Positions 52,679 through 62,494 of a stretch of 64,000 nt of DNA are shown here, in pieces. Source of the stretch: Kiritimatiellia bacterium. GTDB taxonomy: Bacteria; Verrucomicrobiota; Kiritimatiellia; RFP12; UBA1067. The translations under genes and the position numbers were made by a program. Location of the stretch: assembly GCA_045600365.1 (NCBI GenBank), contig JAZRXT010000156.1:3516-67515 (forward strand), written 5' to 3'. The notes under the pieces were generated by a model, which was not told the origin of the DNA, searched no databases, and worked only from the letters and a program-made list of their open reading frames with translations. How positions within the stretch are numbered: position 1 is the stretch's first letter; every line of letters starts with the position of its first letter.

Positions 52679-54625
52679 CTAGAGGTTTTTGAGATCGAGG
52701 GAAAGAAGGAATTCGGGATTGGACCTGAACTTCTTCATTCCAACGAGCACACTCTGCATGGCGCGCTCTGGACCGACATCCGCCAGCACCCGGCGCAGAG
52801 CCCAGGTCTTCTCGAGCTCGACCGGCGCCAGGAGCAGATCCTCCTTGCGGGTACCGCTTTTCTCGATGTCGATGGCGGGGAAGATGCGCTTGTCGGCCAG
52901 CATACGATCGAGTACGAGTTCCATGTTGCCAGTACCCTTGAACTCCTCGAAGATCACCTCATCCATGCGCGATCCGGTGTCGATAAGCGCCGTGGCGAGG
53001 ATCGTGAGCGAACCACCGCCCTCGATGTTGCGGGCCGCGCCGAAGAAGCGCTTGGGGCGGTGCAGCGCCAGTGCGTCGACGCCACCGGTCAGGATCTTGC
53101 CGGAATGCGGCTGAACCGTATTGTAGGCGCGGGCGAGACGGGTGATTGAGTCGAGCAGAATGATCACATCGCGGCCGTTCTCTACCTGGCGGCGGCTCAT
53201 CTCGATCACCATGTCGGCAACGTCCACGTGATGCTGCGGTTCCTCGTCGAAAGTGGAGGAAAGCACCATCGCCTTGGTATTGCGCTGCATGTCGGTAACT
53301 TCCTCCGGGCGCTCGTCCACCAGCAGGATGATCAGCATTGCATCGGGATGGTTGGCCGAGATCGCATTCGCCATCTTCTGCAGCAGCACGGTCTTGCCTA
53401 CGCGCGGAGGCGCCACAATCAGCCCGCGTTGCCCAAATCCAATGGGAGTGAACAGGTCGACAGTGCGCATCGAGAACTCGCCGGGCACGGTCTCAAGCAC
53501 GATGCGGCGGGTGGGGAAGGTGGGCACGAGGTTCTCGAAGTGAACGATACGCGCTGCCTCGCTTGGCGTCTTGCCGTTGACGGTCACTACATTGCCCAGC
53601 ACAAAGAAGCGGTCGCGGTCGCGAGGATCACGCACTGGCCCCTCGATACAGTCACCGGTGCGCAGGGCGTGGCGGCGAATCTGCTGCTGGGGGATGAAGA
53701 CATCTTCAGGACAGGCCAGGAAGTTCGTCTTGGCGCTACGGAGAAAACCGTATCCCTCCTTTTCGACCTTGAGGAAGCCAGAGGCCATCACGGCTCCACC
53801 ACGGGAGAGATAGCTGCGGATTGCGGCGAAGATGATTTCGTGCCGCCGCATCGCACCCAGATCCTCAGCGTTTGCATCCGGCATCATCAGCTGGACAATC
53901 TTGGCATTGTCCCAGCTGTGGATATCGGCAAGCTTGTATTCTGGCAGATCCGGATTACGCGGCACAGACGGCCCCGGGGGCTGAAAGGAATTGCCATGCT
54001 GGGGAGGACGACGATTGCCCTGGGGAGAATTCTGGTTGCCGTTATTGAAACCATTGAAGCCAGGGCGCCCGCCATTCTGGCGAGCAGCACGATTGGCAAG
54101 CCACTGCTGACGACGCAGCTGTCGTTTCGAGAGCGGCTGCTGTGGTCCCTCGGGAGCCAACTGCTGCTGGGGATTTGGAACTGACGAGGGGGCAGGAGCC
54201 GAAGGGGCCGCAGATGTCATCTGAGGCACAGTCTGCACATTGGGGGCCACAGGAACTGCCTGAGGAGGCGTCGTGGTCGTAGATTGAACCATTGAAGGAG
54301 CGGCTGACTGCTTGGGTTCCGATCCTTCAACTACAGCCTGAACCTCCTGAACGGGCGTGTTGGTAGCGGAATCGTCGGCGGCGGCCTTGCGCACACGGCT
54401 CTTGCGAGCAGGCTTCACAACTGCGTTTTCAGACGAACCATCGGCTTCGCCTGAATCTTTGACCTTAGTCGACTTAGCCGCCGCACGCGTCTTGCGCGCG
54501 GTTTCAGACTTCGCCGAACGGGCGGCTCGCTTCTGCTCGGCGGCAACGAGAGGGGCGGCCTCAGCGGGTGACATATCCGCTGGAGACCAATTCATCTGAA
54601 CGGAGGGATTCTCCTCATTGTCCAT
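52679..54625 (-). CDS. rho: Transcription termination factor Rho (with ~230-aa low-complexity N-terminal insertion)
   Basis: The RecA-like core reads GQRGLIVAPPRVGKTVLLQKMANAI ... LLVDERPEEVTDM. The cold-shock-like RNA-binding region is also present. SD AGGAAGGAA. Confidence 0.9.
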   Translation of the reverse strand: MDNEENPSVQMNWSPADMSPAEAAPLVAAEQKRAARSAKSETARKTRAAAKSTKVKDSGEADGSSENAVVKPARKSRVRKAAADDSATNTPVQEVQAVVEGSEPKQSAAPSMVQSTTTTPPQAVPVAPNVQTVPQMTSAAPSAPAPSSVPNPQQQLAPEGPQQPLSKRQLRRQQWLANRAARQNGGRPGFNGFNNGNQNSPQGNRRPPQHGNSFQPPGPSVPRNPDLPEYKLADIHSWDNAKIVQLMMPDANAEDLGAMRRHEIIFAAIRSYLSRGGAVMASGFLKVEKEGYGFLRSAKTNFLACPEDVFIPQQQIRRHALRTGDCIEGPVRDPRDRDRFFVLGNVVTVNGKTPSEAARIVHFENLVPTFPTRRIVLETVPGEFSMRTVDLFTPIGFGQRGLIVAPPRVGKTVLLQKMANAISANHPDAMLIILLVDERPEEVTDMQRNTKAMVLSSTFDEEPQHHVDVADMVIEMSRRQVENGRDVIILLDSITRLARAYNTVQPHSGKILTGGVDALALHRPKRFFGAARNIEGGGSLTILATALIDTGSRMDEVIFEEFKGTGNMELVLDRMLADKRIFPAIDIEKSGTRKEDLLLAPVELEKTWALRRVLADVGPERAMQSVLVGMKKFRSNPEFLLSLDLKNL

Positions 54626-54684
54626 ACAGCCATTTCCTTCCTGGGCGAATGGGACCTCTAGCCCACCGCCTGCTTATACAACAG

Positions 54685-55290
54685 TCAACGCCTGGCGAGC
54701 CATTCTACAGCACGCCGAGCTTCTTCTCTTAGGGTTTCAGTGGTTGAATCGTTTCTGATGACGTAATGCGACCTTGCAGCCTTCTCGGCCACCGGCATCT
54801 GCGCCCTCAGACGCGCCTCCGCCTGGGAACGCGTGTAGCCACGTGTTTCCATCATCCTGAGGATCTGAACCTCTTCGGAGGAGACGATGCACAATATTAT
54901 ATCATAATCTGAATCAAAATGCGATTCAAAAAGCAAGGGAATTATCGCGACCGAGATTGCGGCTCTGGACGAACTTGTGCAAGCGGCGGCGAAATCGGCA
55001 AGGCGTCTTCTTACCAGTGGAAAGAGGATATTCTCCAGCTCGCGACGCTGCGCATCGGCATCATCGCCACCGAAAACCTTCGCCGCCAACATCCGCCGGT
55101 CGACGCCACCCTCGCCATCGATCACCTCGCGGCCGAATCTTGAGGCTATCATCGGTACAGCCAATCCACCAGGCGCCTCAAGTTCATGAACTACATCATC
55201 GGCATCCAAAACGCGAACGCCAAGTTCCCGAAGGAACTTGGCGAACAGCGATTTGCCACAGGCAATGCCGCCGGTAAGCGCGATACGCAT
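54685..55290 (-). CDS. coaE: Dephospho-CoA kinase
   Basis: MMRIALTGGIACGKS has the P-loop and the protein is ~200 aa. The ATG overlaps the secretin stop (TGATG). Confidence 0.85.
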   Translation of the reverse strand: MRIALTGGIACGKSLFAKFLRELGVRVLDADDVVHELEAPGGLAVPMIASRFGREVIDGEGGVDRRMLAAKVFGGDDADAQRRELENILFPLVRRRLADFAAACTSSSRAAISVAIIPLLFESHFDSDYDIILCIVSSEEVQILRMMETRGYTRSQAEARLRAQMPVAEKAARSHYVIRNDSTTETLREEARRAVEWLARR

Positions 55291-58200
55291 CACTTGGCTT
55301 CAGGAGCCGGGGTCACCTTGGCGGCACCGGCCTCCTTCTTATCCATATCCGCGTTCTGCACGATCTGGCGGCCATTCGGGTCGACAAGACGCGCGGTAAC
55401 GAAGATGAGCAGATTGCGCTTGTTGCTCCACTCGCTGCGGCTACGGAAGATGCGGCCGATGAACGGAATGTCGCCGAGGAACGGAATCTTGTCCTCCATC
55501 GACTTGCGCTCTTCGGTGATCAGACCGCCCATGACGATGGTCGAGCCGTTGTAGAGAGTGACGTGGGTATCGATCGAACGCTCCTTGAAGAAGGGCTGTT
55601 CCATCGGCACCGAGAACCACTTCATGTCCTCGTCGCCCATGGCCTGGGCGGCAACCTGCGCGGAGGAGCTCATGACGGAAGCCATAGGCACCTTCATGCC
55701 GTAGTCCTTCCAAGTCGGCTCGCCAACGACCTTCGGAGTAAGCGCGAGGTTGATGAAGCCCTCGGGCGAGAGTTCAGGAGTGACGGTGAGAATCACGCCC
55801 ACATCCTGGGTCTCGAAGTTCTGGGGCTCGACCATCGGGAGGATCTTACCATCGGATCCGCCAGAGGTACCAGAGATGGAGGAGGTGGAGCCAGAGGAGG
55901 TGGACTGAATGGTCACGTCGTAGTCCTGCGGGTAGCGATAGATGGTGACCACCTTGATAGTGGCTTCCTGACCGCTCTTCGTGACCACCTTGGGAGCAGA
56001 GAGCAGGTCGGTGTCGCTGCGCTGCGAGAGCATGTGCAGGATCATCGAGAGGTCCGCATTGCCGAGGAAGGCGTTCACACGCATGAACTGGTCGTTGTTG
56101 GAGGCGCCGTCACCCGAGATATGGTTGCCAGCCTGCGAAAGATAGCGCATGCCAGACTGATACGAGGTGCCGTCAATCGCATTGATGCCCACGTTGTTGT
56201 GGGTGCGACCGTAGAGCGGAACGGTAGTGGTGATCGGGGTGCCGTCGGAAGCGGCCTGACCGGTGGTGACCTCGGTGGTGCCAATCACATTGCCATGGTA
56301 GATGGTGTTGCCGTTCGCATCGAGCGAGGTGGAGGGGTCGTTCCACTTCGCCCAGGAACCACCCCTGGTACGGGAGCTGGTTACCACGTCGGAGACATTC
56401 TCCATGCCGTTGACAATGGTCACCTGCTTCGAGGAGTTGGCGGTCATCGTGTCGTAGCTGTTGATGTCCTTGAGGTTGAGGGCCTTCTTCAGCTTGCCGC
56501 CGACGTTGAAGGAGTAGTCGCTGTTGAGCAGCCACTCGAAGCCAAGGGAGTTCAGATCCTCCTGCGCGACCTCGACGAAGCGGGTCTCGATCTCGATCAT
56601 CGAGGGCGTGACGTTCAACTCGTTGAGGGCGTCCTCGAGAATCGCGAGCTGGTCTTCGGTGTTCGTGACGCGCAGCTTGCCCACGGCCTTGATGTACTTG
56701 ATGCGGGAGTTCTGGGGCCAGGTGACGCCGAGATCCTCGAAGTAGGCCTTCCACTGGTTCTCGGGATTCTCACCGTCGCCGGCATCGCCGCCGCCACCGC
56801 CGAAGTCGCCGGTCTTCTCGCTCTTGAGGCCGGAGGACGCATCGTTCATGCGGTCGACGAAGGATTCAACCACGCTGTAGGTGCGGGTGACGAGCTCGTC
56901 GGTGGTCATGGACTTAGGCATGACCATCACGATGGAACCCTGCACCTTGAACTTGAAGCCGCTGAGCTTGCAGACCAGCTTGAGCGCTTCCCAGAGGGAG
57001 AGATTCTCAGCCGAGATGTTGGGAATCTGCGGGACGTCCCCAGCGGCGCCCTCTTCCTCGCCGGAAGCGCCAAAGGAGTTGTCGTCCTTCTTTTCTGCAC
57101 CAGCCGCGTCGCCGCCGCCGGTGAGAACCTTCTCAAGCTGGAGCGCGAAGTTGAAGCCGCGCTGGTCAACCGGAATCTCGGGACGATCGTAGTCCTTCGA
57201 CGCCTGCTTGAAGTAATCGACCGCGTCGATGATGGTGGCGGGAGGACGGAACGAGATCGACGGAAGCATCATCTCCTTCATGCGCTTCTCGATCGACTGC
57301 TCAACCGAGCGCTCGCTGTCACCACCGAGCGGAGTCTTGGTGGTACCGCCGTCAACCGCCTTGAGCTCGGCAGAGTTGACCGCATAGACCGGACGCCACG
57401 CGGCGCCGACATCGGCAATCATACCCTTGCGGGCGGCATCGCGCTCGCTGTCGATGATCATGTTGCGCTTAGCCTGGATGCGGTCACGCAGGGCAATCGC
57501 CTGCGTGTTGTAGGGGTCGCCGCGCAGCACGAGATCGGTCTGCTCCAGCGCACCATTGAGATCATGGACGGCAAGGAGCTGGGCACCGAGACGCAGACGG
57601 CGGCGGATCACATCACGATCCTCCTTGTAGGACTCGTCGTTGCGACGATGGCTGATAGAGGACTTGTCGGCTGCGACTTCCTCGGCGTTCTCGTCAGCCA
57701 GAGCCTCGAGCAGGGCAGCGGCACGAGGATGACGCAGCTTCTGCGCCTCCTTGGCGAACTCAGCGGCATCCTCGCGGTTGCCATCCTTGAGAGCCTGCTT
57801 GCCGGCCTGGTACTTCGCCTCGGCCATCCCCTCCTGGCACTCGCGGCGAAGCGCAACCGAATCGGCGCGATCATTGAGGTGACCATAGGCGAGGCGGTAC
57901 TGCTTGAAGCCGTCCTCCCAATCACGCTTGGCCATCGCCTCGCGCGCCTTGCCAAGCTCCTGCGAAGCCTGAAGGTCGAGCGCCTCGCGGCGGATCTTCT
58001 CGGTGGCGACGATATCGGCAATCAGCGCCTCCTCAGGAGAGGCGGGCTTCTGCTCGGCCGCAGGAGCTGGCGTGGCGACGGGAGCCGCCGCGGCGACTAC
58101 GGGCTTCGCCTCCTCAACGGGCTTCGCCTCTTCGGCCTTCGGAACTGCAGCAGCAGCGTCGAACTCGTTCTTCTTCTCGACGGGCTTGGCCTCTTCCGCA

Positions 58201-58487
58201 GGCTTCGCCTCGGCAACTGCCGGCTTCGCCTCCTCGGCGGGCTTGGCCTCCTCGGCCGGCTTCGCCTCATCTGCAGGCTTCGCCTCCTCAGCAGGTTTCG
58301 CTTCGTCGGCGGGCTTCGCCTCCTCGGCAGGCTTCGCCTGCTCGGCGGGCTGCGCGGCAACCGGCTTCTTCGACGGCTCAAGATCATTGAGCAGATTGTC
58401 GAGATCATCCTGTGCAAACGCGCCCGTGGTGATCACGAGTGACGCGCAGACAGCGCTCAATGCGGTAAAAGTCTTATTTGCTTTCAT
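55290..58487 (-). CDS. pilQ: Secretin (type IV pilus / type II secretion PilQ-GspD family) with N-terminal (AEEAKP)n repeat region
   Basis: The C-terminal secretin domain reads KIPFLGDIPFIGRIFRSRSEWSNKRNLLIFVTARLV. The N0/N1-like regions and a signal peptide are present. SD AAGGAG. Confidence 0.8.
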   Translation of the reverse strand: MKANKTFTALSAVCASLVITTGAFAQDDLDNLLNDLEPSKKPVAAQPAEQAKPAEEAKPADEAKPAEEAKPADEAKPAEEAKPAEEAKPAVAEAKPAEEAKPVEKKNEFDAAAAVPKAEEAKPVEEAKPVVAAAAPVATPAPAAEQKPASPEEALIADIVATEKIRREALDLQASQELGKAREAMAKRDWEDGFKQYRLAYGHLNDRADSVALRRECQEGMAEAKYQAGKQALKDGNREDAAEFAKEAQKLRHPRAAALLEALADENAEEVAADKSSISHRRNDESYKEDRDVIRRRLRLGAQLLAVHDLNGALEQTDLVLRGDPYNTQAIALRDRIQAKRNMIIDSERDAARKGMIADVGAAWRPVYAVNSAELKAVDGGTTKTPLGGDSERSVEQSIEKRMKEMMLPSISFRPPATIIDAVDYFKQASKDYDRPEIPVDQRGFNFALQLEKVLTGGGDAAGAEKKDDNSFGASGEEEGAAGDVPQIPNISAENLSLWEALKLVCKLSGFKFKVQGSIVMVMPKSMTTDELVTRTYSVVESFVDRMNDASSGLKSEKTGDFGGGGGDAGDGENPENQWKAYFEDLGVTWPQNSRIKYIKAVGKLRVTNTEDQLAILEDALNELNVTPSMIEIETRFVEVAQEDLNSLGFEWLLNSDYSFNVGGKLKKALNLKDINSYDTMTANSSKQVTIVNGMENVSDVVTSSRTRGGSWAKWNDPSTSLDANGNTIYHGNVIGTTEVTTGQAASDGTPITTTVPLYGRTHNNVGINAIDGTSYQSGMRYLSQAGNHISGDGASNNDQFMRVNAFLGNADLSMILHMLSQRSDTDLLSAPKVVTKSGQEATIKVVTIYRYPQDYDVTIQSTSSGSTSSISGTSGGSDGKILPMVEPQNFETQDVGVILTVTPELSPEGFINLALTPKVVGEPTWKDYGMKVPMASVMSSSAQVAAQAMGDEDMKWFSVPMEQPFFKERSIDTHVTLYNGSTIVMGGLITEERKSMEDKIPFLGDIPFIGRIFRSRSEWSNKRNLLIFVTARLVDPNGRQIVQNADMDKKEAGAAKVTPAPEAK
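58100..58350. repeat. Tandem 18-nt repeats (GGCTTCGCCTCCTCGGCG)n inside the secretin gene, encoding (AEEAKP)n
   Basis: About 12 near-identical units are readable on the plus strand between 58100 and 58350. Confidence 0.6.
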
Positions 58488-58548
58488 TTAAGCTCCTTGG
58501 GGGATTGCAATATAATACCGAATTCTGAACAAAAAGGCAAGCACTCAA

Positions 58549-59655
58549 TCAAAGTTTTTTTTCTTTCTTTGTCTTGAGATCCTGAACAACAGCCTCAACG
58601 GCACCGTCCTTCATGGCCAATTTAACCATCTTGTACTTGCGGCCCTTGAGTTCAAACTCGCTGCCCGGAGTGACCACAATCTTCTTTTCGGAATCGCGGC
58701 TCCAGACCAGATCGGCCTCGGTTTCAATGGTGATGTTGCGGTCGTTGACACGGATGACCATCTCTTTGCCGTCCTTGACGCGCTTGATGGTGACCGTAGA
58801 AACGTCGACCTTCTTCTTCATTCCGGTCTTCGATCCCTTGATCACCTGCATCTCGCTCTTCTGGTCAAAGGCGGTGACGACCCATCCCGTCTTGTCGCGA
58901 CCGCCGCGACCGGCGATCTCCTCGTTGAGCACGGGAGTGAACTTCGAGTCGTAGCCCGTCTTCCCGAGTCGCTGGAAGGTGAAGCGGAACTTGCCGCCAG
59001 GCAGCGGGGTGTAGTCGTTGAAGTAGAATGGCAGCGTGGTCTGGCGCAGCTGACCGGCAACGGACAGATAGTCGAGGTAGTCGGGATGGGATTCGGGATC
59101 CTTGGGATCCGTCTTCGCCTGGTACTCCTCGAGGTTCGTGAAGCCATCGCCGTCGGCGTCCTTCGCCGCGTCGTTGGGATCGTTCGCAGCGAGACCGTAC
59201 TTCTTCTCCCAGTCGTTCGGCATACCATCGTGGTCGGTATCGGCCTCAACCTTGACGTACTTCTGCTTGATGCCGCAGAATGGGCACTTCTCGAGCGAGG
59301 CCGGAATCGGCTTGCCACAGGCCTTGCCAGGCGCTTCCGGATCACCCTTCTGGCAGATGACCCGGCGCTCGCTGGAGAGGAAGCTGCCGCTCTTGGGATC
59401 AATCTCGAAGAGAGCCGGCGGCGTCTTTGCCAGACGAGTCGCCTTGTCGAACACAGTCAGATCCGCCGCCGCAACACCTTCGTGCGACGGCTTGGTGGCG
59501 TTGAGACGCGCCTCGTATTCGGCGGCACCGTCCTCAGGGTTGACGCTCAGTGCCTGGAACAGATAGAAGCCGCCGGCGCCCAGCGCCGCGAGGCCTACGC
59601 ACAGGACCAGCAGATCCCAGTGCGCCTTGAGGAAATTCTCCTTGCCCGCGCTCAT
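58549..59655 (-). CDS. Pilus/secretion-system inner-membrane protein (PilP-position) with Cys4 zinc-ribbon and thrombospondin-type-3 Ca-binding repeats
   Basis: The N-terminal TM is LLVLCVGLAALGAGGFYLF. The zinc-ribbon motif is C-x9-C-x14-C-P-F-C (RRVICQKGDPEAPGKACGK...KCPFCG). The TSP3-like motifs are DTDHDGMPNDWE and DADGDGFTNLEEY. SD AAGGAGGAAGG. The stop is coupled to the upstream gene (ATGA). Confidence 0.5.
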   Translation of the reverse strand: MSAGKENFLKAHWDLLVLCVGLAALGAGGFYLFQALSVNPEDGAAEYEARLNATKPSHEGVAAADLTVFDKATRLAKTPPALFEIDPKSGSFLSSERRVICQKGDPEAPGKACGKPIPASLEKCPFCGIKQKYVKVEADTDHDGMPNDWEKKYGLAANDPNDAAKDADGDGFTNLEEYQAKTDPKDPESHPDYLDYLSVAGQLRQTTLPFYFNDYTPLPGGKFRFTFQRLGKTGYDSKFTPVLNEEIAGRGGRDKTGWVVTAFDQKSEMQVIKGSKTGMKKKVDVSTVTIKRVKDGKEMVIRVNDRNITIETEADLVWSRDSEKKIVVTPGSEFELKGRKYKMVKLAMKDGAVEAVVQDLKTKKEKKL

Positions 59656-60740
59656 TTGCCTTCCTCCTTGCTGGCCTCGGGCTTCGCCTCGGCCTTATCA
59701 GACGACTTGGCTTCTTCCTTCGCCTCGTCCTTATTCTCCTCGCCCTCGGCCTTTGCCTCGGCGGCGACGCCACAGCCGAAGTCGTGCAGCGTCACGGTCA
59801 TCGTGACCGCAATCGGAGCATCGGTCTCGGGATCGGTGACAAGAGCATCGACTGCGGCAGGCTCCTTCTTCTCAGGGGCGAGATCGGCGAAACCACCGCG
59901 GCCACGGCGGCCACCGCGACGGCCACCGGCGGCGGCAGGCTGCGCGGCCTGCGCCTCAGCGGCGGCAACCGCGTCAAGACGCTCAACGATGGTATCGGCG
60001 CTCTGCTTGAAGGCCAGAGTCTTCACGGAGAAGAACCGGCGGTCGGCGGCGAGGCGATTCATCACGCCCACAAGCGCAGGAGCCCGCGTGGTGAAGCCAA
60101 AGTCGAAGTCGAGCTTGGTCACCTTCTCGTCCTCCTCCGCCCCCTTCTTCGCCTTTGATTTCTTCTTCCCGTTCCCGCGGTCCTCGTCCTCGTCCGTCTT
60201 CTGCGCGACGCGGGCGACGGAGGTGATCTGCACGATGCCAGAGTCGGCGAAGATGCCAACAACACGCGAGATCGCATCCAGCTGCACGGCGAGAAGCGGC
60301 ACCTCTACATCCTTTGGCAGCACGCCACCTTCGCCGAGGAACTGGTCGAAGCCGAACAGGAATTCGGGTGCGGCGATCTTTCCGTCAAGGCCGCCGGGCA
60401 ATGCCACCATGCGGCGCACCTCGTTCTGCAGACGCTGCTTGAAGATCGGCGGCGTCTCGTTGGGTAGCACACGATCACCGCCGGCGGCAAAGGCGTGGGC
60501 AGCATCGTACCATGCGGCATACACCAGCTCGTTCGACTTGACGGAGTCGATCGACTTCTTGGAGGGGAACACGGGCGACTGATTGTAGCCGTTGAAGCTC
60601 TGCGTCTCCGACTCAAGCTGCTCCTCGGCCTCGGTACGCACCGAGTATGCATCCCATAGCATGTAGCCAAGGCCGCCCGCGCAGACCGTGAAGATACCGG
60701 CGCCAACGACGCCGATCATCTGCTGTTTGGACAAACTCAT
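59652..60740 (-). CDS. Pilus-assembly membrane protein (PilO-position), N-terminal TM + periplasmic domain + Ala/Gly/Arg- and Lys/Glu-rich tail
   Basis: The TM is IGVVGAGIFTVCAGGLGYMLW. Its position and size fit a PilO-like component, but no strong motif was found. Confidence 0.4.
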   Translation of the reverse strand: MSLSKQQMIGVVGAGIFTVCAGGLGYMLWDAYSVRTEAEEQLESETQSFNGYNQSPVFPSKKSIDSVKSNELVYAAWYDAAHAFAAGGDRVLPNETPPIFKQRLQNEVRRMVALPGGLDGKIAAPEFLFGFDQFLGEGGVLPKDVEVPLLAVQLDAISRVVGIFADSGIVQITSVARVAQKTDEDEDRGNGKKKSKAKKGAEEDEKVTKLDFDFGFTTRAPALVGVMNRLAADRRFFSVKTLAFKQSADTIVERLDAVAAAEAQAAQPAAAGGRRGGRRGRGGFADLAPEKKEPAAVDALVTDPETDAPIAVTMTVTLHDFGCGVAAEAKAEGEENKDEAKEEAKSSDKAEAKPEASKEEGK

Positions 60741-62446
60741 TTCTTCCCCTTCTTTCCTTTGCTTGCATCGGCGACGGCGGAAGGAGCGGCGGCAAACGCC
60801 ATCTCAATCGAGAATTCCGTGATGGTCTCCTTCACGTCCTTCTGCGAGACAATCTTCACCGAATCGGCCTCGATGATGGAGTTGCGGCTCATCAGAGCCT
60901 GCTGCACGATTTCACCAGCCGTTGCCTGCTTACCGCTACGGGCGTGCTCTGCCTCGGCCTTCGTCATCACGTCGCGCCAGCCACGCACGGTCACGCGCAC
61001 GCGGTCAAGATCGTCTTTGGCCTCCTTGTCCTTCGGCAGCGGCGCCCATTCCGTAATCCACATTCCGCGGATGAGGCTCTTGCGGACTGCATCCAGCCGC
61101 ACCAGCGCGGCGGAACGGCCCCACACCAGCTTCTGGAACGCATCGGCCTTGTCGCGGGCAGAGTCGGCAGCCTTCACGCCTGCCTCGAGCTTGGTCTTGA
61201 AACCACGCAACGAGCCATTGCGACTCTCAACGCGGGCAATGCACTCATTGGCGACATCGGCGTTGCGGCTCTCGGCGAGCCACCCCAGACCCAACGCGGC
61301 GATGAACGCCACGCCACCGGCAGCCACAATCGGGATGCGGCGCATGGCGCGCGCCTCGTCGATGAGCTCGGGCGGCATGAGATTGATCGAAATCCAGGGC
61401 TCCGCCCCGGCACGAAGCGAAAGGCCCACGCTCTCTGCAAGCACAAAGGCATCGTTTTCGAGCGCTGCGGGGGCAATCTTCGAACCCGTCTTCACCCGCG
61501 AGAACGGATTTAGATAGCCAACCTCGATCTGCAGAGTCTCCTGGAAGAATTCCGCAAGCTGCGGAAGACGTACCGAACCGCCGGTGAGGAACAGGCGAAC
61601 GGGCGCACTGCCACCCTGCTGTGAACGGTAGAAGTTGATCGAACGGGAGATCTCGGCGTGCAGACGGGTGAGCACGGTGCGAATCACCTTCGAGACACGG
61701 TCGGTGATCTCGTCCTCATCTTCGGTAACGCCGCCCAGCGACACATAGCCACGCTCGATCTTCAACTGCTCGGCCTCCTCGAACGAGCACCCGAAGGTCT
61801 GCGCTATCTCCTTGGTAATGGTGTTGCCGGCCGTGGGAATCGAGCGGTTGTAGACCTTCTCGTCCTCCACGATGATCAGACTCGTGGTCTTGGCGCCCAT
61901 GTCAAGCACTACCGTGCAGCCGTCAACCCCGGGCTCGGAGAACTTGAGCGCGTTCAGCACCGCCATCGGCGAGACATCGACCACCATCGGCTTAAGTCCG
62001 GCGGAACGCACCGCATCGGTAACCGCGCGCACCGCGTCGATCTTGGCCGCCACAATCACCGCCGCACGGTCGCCGTCCGGCGTATCGCCGGTGAACTGGT
62101 AGTCGCTCACGATCTCGTCGATCGGGAACGGCACGTTCTGCTCGATCTCGTAGCGCACAAGCTGCTCGAGCCGGGCGGCATCGCTGCTGGGAGTGATCTT
62201 GGCGAAGCGCGGGAACACGGCCTGTCCGCCCAGGGACACCACCGTCGGGCCGGGCTTGATGCCCTTCTCGCGCATGATCTGATGTATTGCCACGGGCAGC
62301 GCCGCGCCGACGGAGACAGGGTCTCCAAGGTCGACGGCGAGATCAGCCGAACCATACGCAAGAAGGACGGGAACGCCCTTGCCCGCGTTGTACTCGGCCA
62401 GCGTCGCCTTTGACGCGCCCAGATTCAAAGTTAGAATGCGTGACAT
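60737..62446 (-). CDS. pilM: PilM-like actin-fold ATPase fused to a PilN-like TM/periplasmic C-terminal region
   Basis: The N-terminal 340 aa have an FtsA/PilM-like fold (LNLGASKATLAEY..., LDMGAKTTSLIIVE, FLTGGSVRLPQL). This is followed by a TM helix (IPIVAAGGVAFIAALGLGWLA) and a ~190-aa C-terminal domain. Confidence 0.7.
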   Translation of the reverse strand: MSRILTLNLGASKATLAEYNAGKGVPVLLAYGSADLAVDLGDPVSVGAALPVAIHQIMREKGIKPGPTVVSLGGQAVFPRFAKITPSSDAARLEQLVRYEIEQNVPFPIDEIVSDYQFTGDTPDGDRAAVIVAAKIDAVRAVTDAVRSAGLKPMVVDVSPMAVLNALKFSEPGVDGCTVVLDMGAKTTSLIIVEDEKVYNRSIPTAGNTITKEIAQTFGCSFEEAEQLKIERGYVSLGGVTEDEDEITDRVSKVIRTVLTRLHAEISRSINFYRSQQGGSAPVRLFLTGGSVRLPQLAEFFQETLQIEVGYLNPFSRVKTGSKIAPAALENDAFVLAESVGLSLRAGAEPWISINLMPPELIDEARAMRRIPIVAAGGVAFIAALGLGWLAESRNADVANECIARVESRNGSLRGFKTKLEAGVKAADSARDKADAFQKLVWGRSAALVRLDAVRKSLIRGMWITEWAPLPKDKEAKDDLDRVRVTVRGWRDVMTKAEAEHARSGKQATAGEIVQQALMSRNSIIEADSVKIVSQKDVKETITEFSIEMAFAAAPSAVADASKGKKGKK

Positions 62447-62494
62447 CGCTGAAACGTCTCGTTTGGGGTTAGGTTGGAAAAGTGATCAACACGC

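Noticed and set aside
55563-58442. 959-aa plus-strand ORF antisense to the secretin gene
   Set aside because: It is low-complexity (L/G/R-rich), while the secretin domain on the minus strand is diagnostic.
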